Positions 1 through 9,798 of a DNA stretch of 64,000 nucleotides are shown here, piece after piece. The translations under genes and the position numbers were made by a program. The notes under the pieces were generated by a model, which made no database searches, was not told where the DNA came from, and saw nothing but the letters and a program-made list of their open reading frames with translations. Location of the stretch: NCBI GenBank assembly GCA_038881895.1, contig JAVZOV010000002.1, forward strand, positions 162,961 through 226,960. The letters are read 5' to 3'. The stretch's first letter is position 1. Each line of letters begins with the position of its first letter. This DNA comes from Thermoprotei archaeon. GTDB taxonomy: Archaea; Thermoproteota; Thermoprotei; Gearchaeales; WAQG01.

Positions 1-71
1 AGATTGTTCTTTCTGATGTAATATTTAAAATGATTTTCGAAATAAAAAATTAAAGAAATAATATTATATAT

Positions 72-1031
72 TTAATAATTTTTAATCATTTTTAGATCTG
101 CAATTCTTTTTATTCTTCGTTTTGTTGCATCTTCGCATGAACGTTTTTCGTCTTCAGTCTGTGGTTGATATCTAGGTAGGGCTGATGGGTTTCCATGTTC
201 ATCGAGGTGGACAAATGTCATGTAAGCTGTACCTACATGTCTGATGTAGTTATGAATTATTGATTCAGTTAGTATTTTTACTTTAATTTCCATAGAAGTA
301 TTCCAGACACAGGTGACACCGGCTTCTAATGTAAGCACATCACCAATTCTTATTGGTGAATAGAATTCCATGTTATCAAGGGAACCAGTTACAACAATAC
401 CTTTAGCGAATTTTGTAGCCAAAATGCCTGCAATTTCATCAATATACATAAAAAGTTTCCCTACGAACATTATGTTGCCTTGTAATGCGTCTTCAGGCAT
501 GACAGCGCGTATCGATTTTAGTTTCCATGTTAAATTACCTATATCACTGATGTTTAACGCTTGTTCTTTTCTCTTTAGAATTCTTGGTATTCTAGCATTT
601 CTTCTTGCAATTGCTTTTTCGTAAATTTCATGTTCGTCATCAGATGGTTCTAATGAAACTGGTACCGGACGTGGTTTTCCTTCAGGATCTACAGATACAA
701 ACGCCATGTAAGCCTTTGTGGCGGACATGCGCGTTCCTTTTATATGATCTTCAACGTCAACATCAACACTGACCTCCATTGAACTTCTTCCAATGTATTC
801 TACACGTCCAGTAATAATAACTGTATGACCCACCTTAACAGGGTTTAAGAAATATATGCTGTCCATTGAAGCTAACACTGTGAATCCCTTCGCAACTTTT
901 GATGCTGTTAATGTTCCGGCCATTGTTATCCAATGCATCATTCTACCACCATAAAGATTACCAAGTGGATTAGCATATTCTGGAAATACGTATTGTGTTA
1001 CAATGACCTCTGTTTCCTTAATCCTAACCAT
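72..1031 (-). CDS. Acyl-CoA thioesterase with tandem hotdog domains
   Basis: Two YciA-like hotdog repeats (VFPEYANPLGNLYGGRMM; VMPEDALQGNIMFVGKLF), each ending in a FVxxDxxGxP motif. Confidence 0.9.
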   Translation of the reverse strand: MVRIKETEVIVTQYVFPEYANPLGNLYGGRMMHWITMAGTLTASKVAKGFTVLASMDSIYFLNPVKVGHTVIITGRVEYIGRSSMEVSVDVDVEDHIKGTRMSATKAYMAFVSVDPEGKPRPVPVSLEPSDDEHEIYEKAIARRNARIPRILKRKEQALNISDIGNLTWKLKSIRAVMPEDALQGNIMFVGKLFMYIDEIAGILATKFAKGIVVTGSLDNMEFYSPIRIGDVLTLEAGVTCVWNTSMEIKVKILTESIIHNYIRHVGTAYMTFVHLDEHGNPSALPRYQPQTEDEKRSCEDATKRRIKRIADLKMIKNY

Positions 1032-1171
1032 ACCTCACCATAAAAGAAACGAAAAAAGATATAATTTAATTTACCGAAAAATCTGTTCAAAAACTTATAA
1101 TCCGGTGTTAGCTGCTTTAAAGTATTCTGTTTTATTGATTTTTATGCAACAAGTTTGTGTAAAAATGTGAT

Positions 1172-2056
1172 TCATAATTTTTTAAACATTGTTGTAAAAA
1201 TATCTAGCAATGTTTCTCTGTTTAAATCTTTCCATATGTTTGAAAAGAATGTCACTGAGAATGATAATGTATGTTGACGATTATAATTTTTCTCTCTGGT
1301 AATATTGAGGAGAGGCCATATCATTGAATCAATGTGAAGAGGAGGAATTTGTGATGTGTGAGCTACAATATTCCATGCTTCTTGCGCATTTTTATAGTTT
1401 CTCATGATGATTTCTGCAATTTCATTTAATGGTTTTTTCGTGTATTTAGTATCAACTATATTAGTAATATAACTCATTATTGCAATTCTAAGATCGATAG
1501 GTATTGGTATGTCCATTGGAAGAGGATTAACTACTCCAGTAGATGCTCTGAAACTATAATATAACATTTTGATAGAAAAAACTATGGTTTTTAAATTAGC
1601 ATCGGTATTCATGTTCGTGGCTAGATGAAATCTTAACGTATTTAGATTATTAACATAGTAGTTGAAGTTCTCTTTTAATTCCATTAAAAATCCGGAATCT
1701 CTTAAAATCTTAAGACGTTGATACTTTTTTTCTATGAGAAGTTTATTTCCATTAGAATTCCTCATAAAGTCAAGCATAACCTCTGGTAACGAGTACAGAT
1801 CCTTTGGTGGATTGTGAACAAAATATTTTGCAAATTCCATCCAGTAATCTTCACCTTTTGATGAAAGTTTATAACTAACGAGAGCATTTGCTAACGATAA
1901 AATACCAGCGAGCTCTACATTACCTATTTTTGATAACAATTTCATAGCTACAAACTGTGGATCATGCTCCTCTAACATTAAAATACGTTTTAATCCAATC
2001 GATCTAAGTTTTTTACCTAATTCAATAGCATTCTCACTATTAATTCTCACCGACAT
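1172..2056 (-). CDS. Archaeal 8-oxoguanine N-glycosylase/DNA lyase (AGOG family)
   Basis: EEHDPQF, SYKLSSKGEDYW, KTIVFSIKM, IPIPIDLRI and IPPLHIDSMIW motifs typical of AGOG. Confidence 0.85.
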   Translation of the reverse strand: MSVRINSENAIELGKKLRSIGLKRILMLEEHDPQFVAMKLLSKIGNVELAGILSLANALVSYKLSSKGEDYWMEFAKYFVHNPPKDLYSLPEVMLDFMRNSNGNKLLIEKKYQRLKILRDSGFLMELKENFNYYVNNLNTLRFHLATNMNTDANLKTIVFSIKMLYYSFRASTGVVNPLPMDIPIPIDLRIAIMSYITNIVDTKYTKKPLNEIAEIIMRNYKNAQEAWNIVAHTSQIPPLHIDSMIWPLLNITREKNYNRQHTLSFSVTFFSNIWKDLNRETLLDIFTTMFKKL

Positions 2057-2198
2057 ACGTAATTATTACACAAGAATTGCTAATATTTTTTAATGATCTA
2101 TTACGAAACTCATCATTCCAAAATCATCTACTGTAGAACTCGATAAAAACCTTTAAAATATTGTCAAAAGTTATGAAGTATTGCTATTTTTCATTCAA

Positions 2199-2266
2199 GT
2201 GAGTTACTCCACGATTGAAGTAAGATGTTCCCAGTGCTCACTGAGACCTTGCATCCATCGCTTCAT
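2199..2266 (-). mobile_element. Degenerate IS200/IS605 right end / omega-RNA 3' relic
   Basis: Minus strand reads GCAAGGTCTC...GGGAAC...TCGTGGAGTAACTCAC, resembling the GCAAG...GAAGC-hairpin-TAGTTCAC end at 5880-5920. Confidence 0.4.
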
Positions 2267-2524
2267 TCGTTGGTTTTAGGAGTATACTATTTCCTCATAC
2301 CACAAAGCTAATTACCTTAGAGACTATATGCATATGAATTTGAACCTCTATTTTCCCTATGAAAAATTTCTTATTCTTTTGAAGTTTGACATATTTAAAG
2401 TTAACAATTCATCCTAGAACCAAAGTTCTAAAAATTCTAGGCCTTCATTTATTATAATAATTATGTCGAAAATTCTAAATTCAATTCGTATAAATAATGA
2501 GAGAACCACTAAAACAACACAAGA

Positions 2525-2563
2525 TTTATATTTAGGTTCAGCCTAACTTAGGTTGAGCCTAAC
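2525..2563 (+). promoter_or_regulatory. TATA box plus tandem DtxR/MntR-type operator
   Basis: TTTATAT (2525-2531), then two 16-bp direct repeats TTAGGTT(C/G)AGCCTAAC (2532-2547, 2548-2563); each is a TTAGG-N5-CCTAA palindrome and the second abuts the ATG. Confidence 0.85.
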
Positions 2564-2995
2564 ATGATAGCAATCTCACAAAGAGAAGCCGTTTACTTGA
2601 GGATAATTGGGGATCTCACAGAATTAGGTACAAAACCTACAACTAGTGGCGAAATAGCAAAAGCGCTTGGTATAAAAGCACCTTCTGTAATTGATATGAT
2701 AAAGCGATTTTCTGAAATTGGACTTGTAAAGTACACACCATGGAAAGGTATACGATTAACCGAACAGGGAATACATGAAGTAAGAATGTTAATAAGAAGT
2801 CATAGAATTCTTGAGACGTATCTTTATAACGTGTTAGGTATTAATGTAGAAGATGCTTGTGAGGAAGTTTCTGATTTTGATTCTTATGTATCACATAATA
2901 TTATAAACAACATGTGCTCACGTCTAGGGCATCCTAAAAAATGTCCTCATGGATTAGAGATACCGGCTGCCCCAGAATGTTGTGGAGGTGTTTAA
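2564..2995 (+). CDS. DtxR/MntR-family metal-dependent transcriptional repressor
   Basis: wHTH (IAKALGIKAPSVIDMIKRF), HRILETYL and HPKKCPHG motifs. Confidence 0.92.
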   Translation: MIAISQREAVYLRIIGDLTELGTKPTTSGEIAKALGIKAPSVIDMIKRFSEIGLVKYTPWKGIRLTEQGIHEVRMLIRSHRILETYLYNVLGINVEDACEEVSDFDSYVSHNIINNMCSRLGHPKKCPHGLEIPAAPECCGGV

Positions 2996-4022
2996 ATTGA
3001 AGAAAACTGTTATCATAATCATTATTACAATGTTAATGGTCACTATATTCAACTCGCCGGTATTTGCTTCTTCACAGCATGTTAAGGTTGCTGTATCATT
3101 AGGAGTTTTCGTTCCAATAGTGAAAGATATCGGAGGAACGTATGCTGAAGTTTTTTCTATAGTTCCTCCTGGTGTAGAACCTCACGAGTTTATATTAACT
3201 CCTGGAGTTATTAATGAAGCATCACTTGCAGATTTGATCATAATAGATGGACACATCGAGTGGGAAAATAAACTATTAGATGCCGTTTCTCAGGCAAAGG
3301 ATAGACCTATCAATAATTTTTCGCTGAATCTTATCAATTATTCTTCGAATATGACAATACTTGACATGCCAAGCGGATCTGGATTATACGGTAAAAACTA
3401 TCATGGTTACTGGCTTTTACCTGATAATATGAAAGTTATTGCTAGATTAATATATGAAAGATTATCGAGCATTGATCCTGCCCATTCAAGTTATTATAAC
3501 TCAAATCTTCAAATGTTTCTTGACAGAGTCTCATTTTTAGAAAATATGTTATCAAAGGTTAGGAGCCTGCTTAATGGTAAACCTGTTGTTCTCGGATTTT
3601 TAGAGGAAGATTATATCGCATATAGTATGGGACTTAAGGTTATAACAGTGTTATCTGCTAGCGAAAGCCCAACTGCGAATCCTAACGCGCTAAGTTTAGC
3701 ATATAATATGTTAAAAAGTGAAAAAGGCATTATAATGGTTTCAGATGTTGCAGCTGAGATGCCGTTGTACAACTCTGCTGTTCAATTATCTAAGCAAACT
3801 GGAGCTCCGTTAGTAACAGTTGATACTACGGTCAATATAGATTATGTATCAGCGATGATGTATAATATAGGAAAAGTTGAAGGTGCAATCAGCATAGAAA
3901 ACATCGTGCCAACTTCACAAGTTCAAATTGTGGATCCTATGTTAATTTTTTCGGTAGGTCTTGTTGGCGTAATTATAGTGGAATCTGTGTATATCTTTAG
4001 ACTTAGGAGGTTATTAAAATGA
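2982..4022 (+). CDS. Mn/Zn ABC transporter substrate-binding protein with C-terminal membrane anchor
   Basis: Signal peptide, PPGVEPHEF and NYHGYWL motifs, C-terminal TM helix; in operon with ABC genes. Confidence 0.88.
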   Translation: MEVFKLKKTVIIIIITMLMVTIFNSPVFASSQHVKVAVSLGVFVPIVKDIGGTYAEVFSIVPPGVEPHEFILTPGVINEASLADLIIIDGHIEWENKLLDAVSQAKDRPINNFSLNLINYSSNMTILDMPSGSGLYGKNYHGYWLLPDNMKVIARLIYERLSSIDPAHSSYYNSNLQMFLDRVSFLENMLSKVRSLLNGKPVVLGFLEEDYIAYSMGLKVITVLSASESPTANPNALSLAYNMLKSEKGIIMVSDVAAEMPLYNSAVQLSKQTGAPLVTVDTTVNIDYVSAMMYNIGKVEGAISIENIVPTSQVQIVDPMLIFSVGLVGVIIVESVYIFRLRRLLK

Positions 4023-4798
4023 GTATTATTGATGTAAAAAATTTAACAGCTAGTTATAATGGAGAACCAGCAATATTAGATATTAGTTTTCAGTTGAACG
4101 ATCCTTCAATAACTGTAATATTAGGTCCTAATGGCGCTGGCAAGACTACATTACTTAAGGCTTTAATAGGTATTATTAAGCCTGATCATGGGATTATTAG
4201 AGTTCTTGGTTTTGATCCTGTAAATGATTCATTTAGGCTACGTCGATTTATAGGTTATGTTCCTCAGCGTGATAAAATTGTAAGAAATCTACCTCTTAAG
4301 GTTAGAGATGTCATTCTTATGGGTCTTTTGACTAAACGACAATGGCCTCGTATACCATCAAAAAGTGATGTAGATAAGATGTATAAAATGTTAGAATTGT
4401 TGGATTTAAATGACTCTGTTGATAAGACATTTGGAGAGTTAAGTGGAGGTCAGCAGCAAAAAGTCCTGCTTGCTAGGGCGTTAATCTCAGAACCTAAAAT
4501 CCTATTTTTAGATGAACCATTTAACGGTGTTGACATGAAAAGTCAAGCGTATATAATAGAAAAAATAAAGTCGTTACGATACACTAACAAGATTACCATT
4601 TTGATAGTGACCCATGATATAAATCCTTTAATAGATATTGCAGAAAACTTAATAATTCTAAATAAGAGCGTAATAGCTATTGGAAAACCGCTTGAGATAT
4701 TAACTGAACAAACATTGTCTAAGGCGTATGGTGGTGGTAAAGTAATAATAATACAAGATAGATGTTATACTATAACCGGTGATGTACATTCAAGGTGA
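4019..4798 (+). CDS. Mn/Zn ABC transporter ATP-binding protein
   Basis: GPNGAGKT, LSGGQQQK, LDEP, YVPQ. Confidence 0.93.
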   Translation: MSIIDVKNLTASYNGEPAILDISFQLNDPSITVILGPNGAGKTTLLKALIGIIKPDHGIIRVLGFDPVNDSFRLRRFIGYVPQRDKIVRNLPLKVRDVILMGLLTKRQWPRIPSKSDVDKMYKMLELLDLNDSVDKTFGELSGGQQQKVLLARALISEPKILFLDEPFNGVDMKSQAYIIEKIKSLRYTNKITILIVTHDINPLIDIAENLIILNKSVIAIGKPLEILTEQTLSKAYGGGKVIIIQDRCYTITGDVHSR

Positions 4799-5631
4799 TC
4801 GATATGATTAATCTAACAAGTCCCTTTATAATAAATGCTATAATTGGGATCATTTTGGGAAGTTTTGCAGCCCTTATAGCTGGAACTATTTCCATGTTAA
4901 GAGGTGTCCATTATCTTTCTGCAGAGGTCACTCATGCTGCTCTTGGTGGAGCAGCAATAGGTGCATTAATTTATGAGATTACTCACGTTGATTTAATATT
5001 TTTTATTGCTGCTTTACTTTTTAGCGTGCTAACATCCGTGTTTACTGGTTATATAACTAGAAAAGGTGGTATTGAGATCTCTGGATTGGCCATAGGATTA
5101 GCGCTCGCTTTTAGTTTATCTATATATGCTATAGTAATAGGTTTAATTCCGGCTGAGTTACAAATTAAGGTTAACAGTTATCTAATTTCTGACATTTTAC
5201 TTCTCACAAACGTAGATCTAATATACATGGCAATAACAGTAGTAACTGGTTTATTAATTGTCCTCTTTTTTTACAATGAAGTTATTTACACATGCTTTGA
5301 TTTAGAGGGCGCAGAGGCCTTAGGATTGAGGACAAAAGTTTACGATTACGTTATATTTGCTTTAGTAGGCATGACTGGAGTTGTAATTGCAAAAGCTGTA
5401 GGTGCATTATTAGTATTCGCTTTAGCAATAGTACCTGCAGCAACAGCGAAGGAATTATCAGATAGTATACCTAAGCTTTTCTTTTACACCCTTATAATAG
5501 CATTAGCATCCGGATTTTCTGGATTATTTCTTTCAGTCTTGATAAACTTTCCAACAAGCGGTATGATAGCAATGGTTGCATCACTAATATACTTAATAGT
5601 AATAATAGTTCGGAGACTAATTAACAAATAA
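4795..5631 (+). CDS. Mn/Zn ABC transporter permease (ZnuB-like)
   Basis: Polytopic; HAALGGAA, FDLEGAEALG and VGALLV motifs. Confidence 0.9.
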   Translation: MIDMINLTSPFIINAIIGIILGSFAALIAGTISMLRGVHYLSAEVTHAALGGAAIGALIYEITHVDLIFFIAALLFSVLTSVFTGYITRKGGIEISGLAIGLALAFSLSIYAIVIGLIPAELQIKVNSYLISDILLLTNVDLIYMAITVVTGLLIVLFFYNEVIYTCFDLEGAEALGLRTKVYDYVIFALVGMTGVVIAKAVGALLVFALAIVPAATAKELSDSIPKLFFYTLIIALASGFSGLFLSVLINFPTSGMIAMVASLIYLIVIIVRRLINK

Positions 5632-5648
5632 ATATTTTTAACTTTGAT

Positions 5649-5920
5649 GGTGGGAAGTCCTCATCCGTAGGGGTGGGGATGAAGGCCGATAAGCTTATAT
5701 TTTTTCTCGTTGTATTTATCGTTGTCTGCTTGGTTGGCAGACCTAGTAGGCATGGGACAGGCCGAAAGAGACGCCTGCTGAGGGCAAGACCTCCATAACC
5801 CACCTTCCACACGGGATTCCCGAAACGGTCTCACTTGCCGAGACCTCCGCTGTGGGTGAGTGGAGATCGAGTCTGTCCGTGGAAGCAGGAAGCCACCTGC
5901 GAAAGCTGGTGGTAGTTCAC
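5649..5920 (+). mobile_element. Non-autonomous IS200/IS605 derivative: left end, promoter and TnpB omega-RNA, no ORF
   Basis: GC-rich island; left hairpin TCCTCATCC-GTAG-GGGTGGGGA; AAGCTTATAT TATA at ~5691; sotRNA-like GTAGGCATGGGACAGGCCGAA...ACGCCTGC...GAAGCAGGAAGCC; right hairpin ending TAGTTCAC with GAAG guide; left boundary uncertain (TTGAT 5644-48 or TTTAA 5637-41). Confidence 0.85.
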
Positions 5921-6042
5921 TATAAATCCTTTATACCTGTCTCCACAGAGACAAGGTTAACAGGTTAGTGATAGAGTCTTTGCTTCTAACTGGTCTATTG
6001 CTCATTGTCCTCTTAGGCTCTTACCTCATTTTATTTTATCTT

Positions 6043-6083
6043 GGAGGCAAAAATTTCCTGACCTTAACAGTGAAGAGTGTCAA
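6043..6083 (+). mobile_element. Degenerate IS200/IS605 right end (same family as 21500-21790)
   Basis: AAATTTCCTGACCTTAACAGTGAAGAGTGTCAA vs GAATCTCCCGGCTTTAGCCGTGGAGAGTGTCAA. Confidence 0.55.
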
Positions 6084-6137
6084 CTAATGCTAATAATCTT
6101 TAAATGATTCAAGAAAATTTGAATATGTGGTGTAACA

Positions 6138-8930
6138 ATGAAGTTTATATCAATAGCTTTGGTTGTGTTAATATTCATGTATTCTATTACGATAGGTGTT
6201 CATGCTGTTTTAGCACAAGAACTGCATGAACAATATTCAGAAACGCTTCATATATATCAGATTTACAGTAAAACAATAGTCATGGGCATCTTTAGCGGTG
6301 ATCGTGTAAAACAATTACTTCCTGATGCGCTTGTCCAAGGTTTACAATATTTCTCTATTTCTGTTGCTAAGTATACACCAGATACTGCCAATGTTTACTG
6401 GTTAATTAATGATAACCCTGAAAAAGAGAGTACACACTATCTCTATTGGAGAGGTATACAAGTAAATGTAACGTATCAAACATCTAATTATGATCCCAGT
6501 AATTTAATTAACTGGCTTTGCGATAGATTCCAAACAGTTTTTCAGAGATTGAACTCAACTTCTAAATCATATGTATTCTACAGCGGTGGAAATCTTAATG
6601 TATTCTCCAAGTTGTTAATCGATAGCATCATGGATAAAAATGCACAAGGATTTTTCAATCTATTTGAAAATCGTACAATCGATTATGTCGAATACAGATT
6701 CTCTAACAGAGAAAGTAAGCTCATAGTAGTTACGGTTATTAACACGCCACAATCGATGATTCCACGTAATATAGGGTCAATCAGCGTGCTTAATTATACA
6801 AAAATATTGAATACCATGTTACAAACGTCACAATTCTCTGGTAATTCATCAATAACGTTTCATCTTTATGGATTGAGTGTAAACAGATCCGATATAAGTT
6901 ATGCTCAAAATATTAATTGGATTTCTGGACCAAACAATCACTGGGTTACAACAGGATTCTATAAATTAATGCCGAATACAGTGATTCAAAAAATGAACAT
7001 CTATGTGATGTTATTTAACCAACCGTTAATTTTTTATTTAATGCCAGATAAATCCCATTTACCAGATAATGAGACACTACAAGTTACTGTTAATGTTACT
7101 AATCCAAATCAAACAGTAATCAACAATGTAGCTGTCAATTTAATTATTCCTAGGGGTTTTATTGAATCACCGTCAATAACTGTTCACGTAGGGAACATGC
7201 AACCAAACTCAACAATATCTAAGAAAGTACTACTTCATTATGTACATTCAGAAGAAAGCATTCTGCGTATTAGGTCTATGTACAGTTATCATGATGGTGC
7301 TACCATAGTTCAGGGTTATGCTAACGATATGATAATATCGACAGAATTTGTGCGTTTTCCATCAATTGTATATTATGTGAGACCATTGACTACTACACCT
7401 CAGATAGATGGTAGTACTGCTGTCACGTATGAGGTAAATATACATAATATGGGAGATGGTGATGCAAAAGATGTAACACTTCATATGAGCACTTATTACA
7501 TCAATCTAGGAGAGATAAACAAGAATGAATCAATTACTTATAAAATGAAGTATGATCCTAAAAATGTAACATTTTCACAGATAATACCATCTCACTCTGA
7601 TGCGACACCACCAATATACATTACCTTTATTTACAATAATCTTTCATTCACGTTACTTAGTAATACAACTTTACCATCATTAGTAAGAGTATTTTCTAAT
7701 TATCAAATATTTATAGGAACTCTTACGCCTCAATCAATCTTGTTCACGTCAACATATACAACGACATGGAATATTACTAACATGGGTGGCCTAAGAACTA
7801 CTCCAATAATACTAAATAAAGCATGGTTAACTGAAATAGGACTCATTCATAATAAACCAGACAGTTTTAGTGAAATACCCGAATATCTAGTAGTAAACAC
7901 GAGTGTTCCTTTTAATTATTCCATAACGATATCATTATCATTAACTGCTACACATAATGATACATTTATTTTACCTCCACTTCTTCAAAATATCTCTGGA
8001 TTACCACCAATAATGATGGAACCAGCTATTTTTACTAATGCTATATACATCAGTAAGAATGTGAGTAAAACATCACTAAACATTGGCGATACACTGGATG
8101 TTCTGATAAAAGTTCAGAACTTAGGTAATAAACCAATATTTTCTATAACAATAAATGATACAATACCTCAAGGTTGGGAGTTAATAGGAGGAATACCAAA
8201 AAGTAATATAACAAAAATTGATCCTAATAGCACGTATATATTAAAATACTCAATAAGGGCATTAGATCCACAATCTCAAACATTACCTTCTCTTGAGGTT
8301 CGGTTCTCAATTAATAATTTTAACTTGAAATATTTATCAAAACAAACTATGATGTACGTTAGATTATTAGTAAATCTAAACATTGTTGCATGGAACGATG
8401 AACCTCTCAAAAGTGGATTTTTAATAATTAAAGACTCCATTAATAAAAATAATACTGAAATGCCTATTAGTAATGGAAAAGTTGTTTGGAATGGATATGT
8501 GGGTTATTTTAATGTTCAAGTGATTTATAGGAATATCACTGTTTATAACAAATCAATAAGCATAACTAATAGTAACTCTACTCTTACACTCAAAACTTCG
8601 GTATATCCGTTCATAATACGAACGGTTGATCTTTTGGATAATCCAATAAACTCCGAAATTTATATTTATTCGAATAAAACATTACTTGGAAAGAATAACA
8701 ATGTGATTAGCATACTTTTGCCTTCAGGTTCTTATAACATTCTTGTTAAATCTAACGGAAAAATATTTTCAATGCCTCTTGATGTAGTGGGACCTGCTGG
8801 TGAAACGGTTAGCATTAGGTTTAATGTAATACAAGTTGGTAGTTTAAGCATTAAGGTACCGATCTTGATGCTGATAATTACTATATTATTCATAGCAGTT
8901 ATAGTTTACGCATTAAGAGACATTACTTAA
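6138..8930 (+). CDS. Large secreted, membrane-anchored surface glycoprotein (Ig-like/DUF11-type repeats; S-layer-like)
   Basis: Signal peptide, C-terminal TM helix, repeated VxVxVxNxGxxxxxxVxxxDxxPxGxE-type modules, many N-x-S/T sequons. Confidence 0.75.
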   Translation: MKFISIALVVLIFMYSITIGVHAVLAQELHEQYSETLHIYQIYSKTIVMGIFSGDRVKQLLPDALVQGLQYFSISVAKYTPDTANVYWLINDNPEKESTHYLYWRGIQVNVTYQTSNYDPSNLINWLCDRFQTVFQRLNSTSKSYVFYSGGNLNVFSKLLIDSIMDKNAQGFFNLFENRTIDYVEYRFSNRESKLIVVTVINTPQSMIPRNIGSISVLNYTKILNTMLQTSQFSGNSSITFHLYGLSVNRSDISYAQNINWISGPNNHWVTTGFYKLMPNTVIQKMNIYVMLFNQPLIFYLMPDKSHLPDNETLQVTVNVTNPNQTVINNVAVNLIIPRGFIESPSITVHVGNMQPNSTISKKVLLHYVHSEESILRIRSMYSYHDGATIVQGYANDMIISTEFVRFPSIVYYVRPLTTTPQIDGSTAVTYEVNIHNMGDGDAKDVTLHMSTYYINLGEINKNESITYKMKYDPKNVTFSQIIPSHSDATPPIYITFIYNNLSFTLLSNTTLPSLVRVFSNYQIFIGTLTPQSILFTSTYTTTWNITNMGGLRTTPIILNKAWLTEIGLIHNKPDSFSEIPEYLVVNTSVPFNYSITISLSLTATHNDTFILPPLLQNISGLPPIMMEPAIFTNAIYISKNVSKTSLNIGDTLDVLIKVQNLGNKPIFSITINDTIPQGWELIGGIPKSNITKIDPNSTYILKYSIRALDPQSQTLPSLEVRFSINNFNLKYLSKQTMMYVRLLVNLNIVAWNDEPLKSGFLIIKDSINKNNTEMPISNGKVVWNGYVGYFNVQVIYRNITVYNKSISITNSNSTLTLKTSVYPFIIRTVDLLDNPINSEIYIYSNKTLLGKNNNVISILLPSGSYNILVKSNGKIFSMPLDVVGPAGETVSIRFNVIQVGSLSIKVPILMLIITILFIAVIVYALRDIT

Positions 8931-9630
8931 TTATTAACAATGATTTTATTGGGTATGGATATTCGTTTCTTAAATTTTCTAATGCATTACCTATTGAGAC
9001 TAGGGAATATATTCCTGCAATCTCTGCTCTGACCTCTCTGCAGATACTAACCAATGCTTTTATAGTGGAACCAGATCGTATTATATCATCCACTATTAAG
9101 ACTTTATCACCTCGTCTTATAAGATTTTTTGGAACATAGATGTATGTATAAACACCAGAAACATAGGTTTGTTTAGCCTCAATAAAATTATCAATACCTA
9201 GTTCTTTTTTATTTTTTGCAACAATAACTGGAACACCTAGTTCATTACCAACGAGTGTTGCTAATGGTATACCATCGGTCTCTTTTGTGAGAACTTTGGT
9301 TACTCCAGTGTCGCTGAATTCGTCAGATATTAGTTTTGCAATGTATGAGAGAAGACGAGTATCAGATAAGAGAGGAGTGATCTGTATAATATTTTCTCTT
9401 TTAATAATTTTGCTCTCAGCTGCTTGTCTTAAATAAATGGATTTAAAAAGTTGAATAAACATTTTTGCTCGTTCTAGGCTAGGAAGAACATAACCATTAA
9501 CATATCTACTTAAAACAGGCGGGGGTAATCCAGTTTCACGTGAAAGTTCATTATATTGATACATTGACTTAAGTAACCTAAGAATCTCAATGCTATACAT
9601 TCTTGTTTTAATTTCTATCAATTTATCCAT
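8923..9630 (-). CDS. HTH-phosphoribosyltransferase fusion (PurR-like/APRT-like)
   Basis: N-terminal HTH (YNELSRETGLPPPVLSRY) and PRPP-binding VLIVDDIIRSGST. Confidence 0.85.
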   Translation of the reverse strand: MDKLIEIKTRMYSIEILRLLKSMYQYNELSRETGLPPPVLSRYVNGYVLPSLERAKMFIQLFKSIYLRQAAESKIIKRENIIQITPLLSDTRLLSYIAKLISDEFSDTGVTKVLTKETDGIPLATLVGNELGVPVIVAKNKKELGIDNFIEAKQTYVSGVYTYIYVPKNLIRRGDKVLIVDDIIRSGSTIKALVSICREVRAEIAGIYSLVSIGNALENLRNEYPYPIKSLLIIK

Positions 9631-9798
9631 TTCAATCTCATATCAATCATAGCGTATCTAGATAATTAACTTTACTCTGAAAATTGATATACAACATGGT
9701 TTAAAATAAAATAAATAACAAAAAATTGATCATTAATTTTCTTTAGAAAAGTAAGACATAAATAATATTGATTTTTACATATGCTGTGGTGTATCTTT

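Noticed and set aside
5621..5812. 63-aa ORF on the minus strand
   Set aside because: Antisense to the omega-RNA cassette; no protein motif
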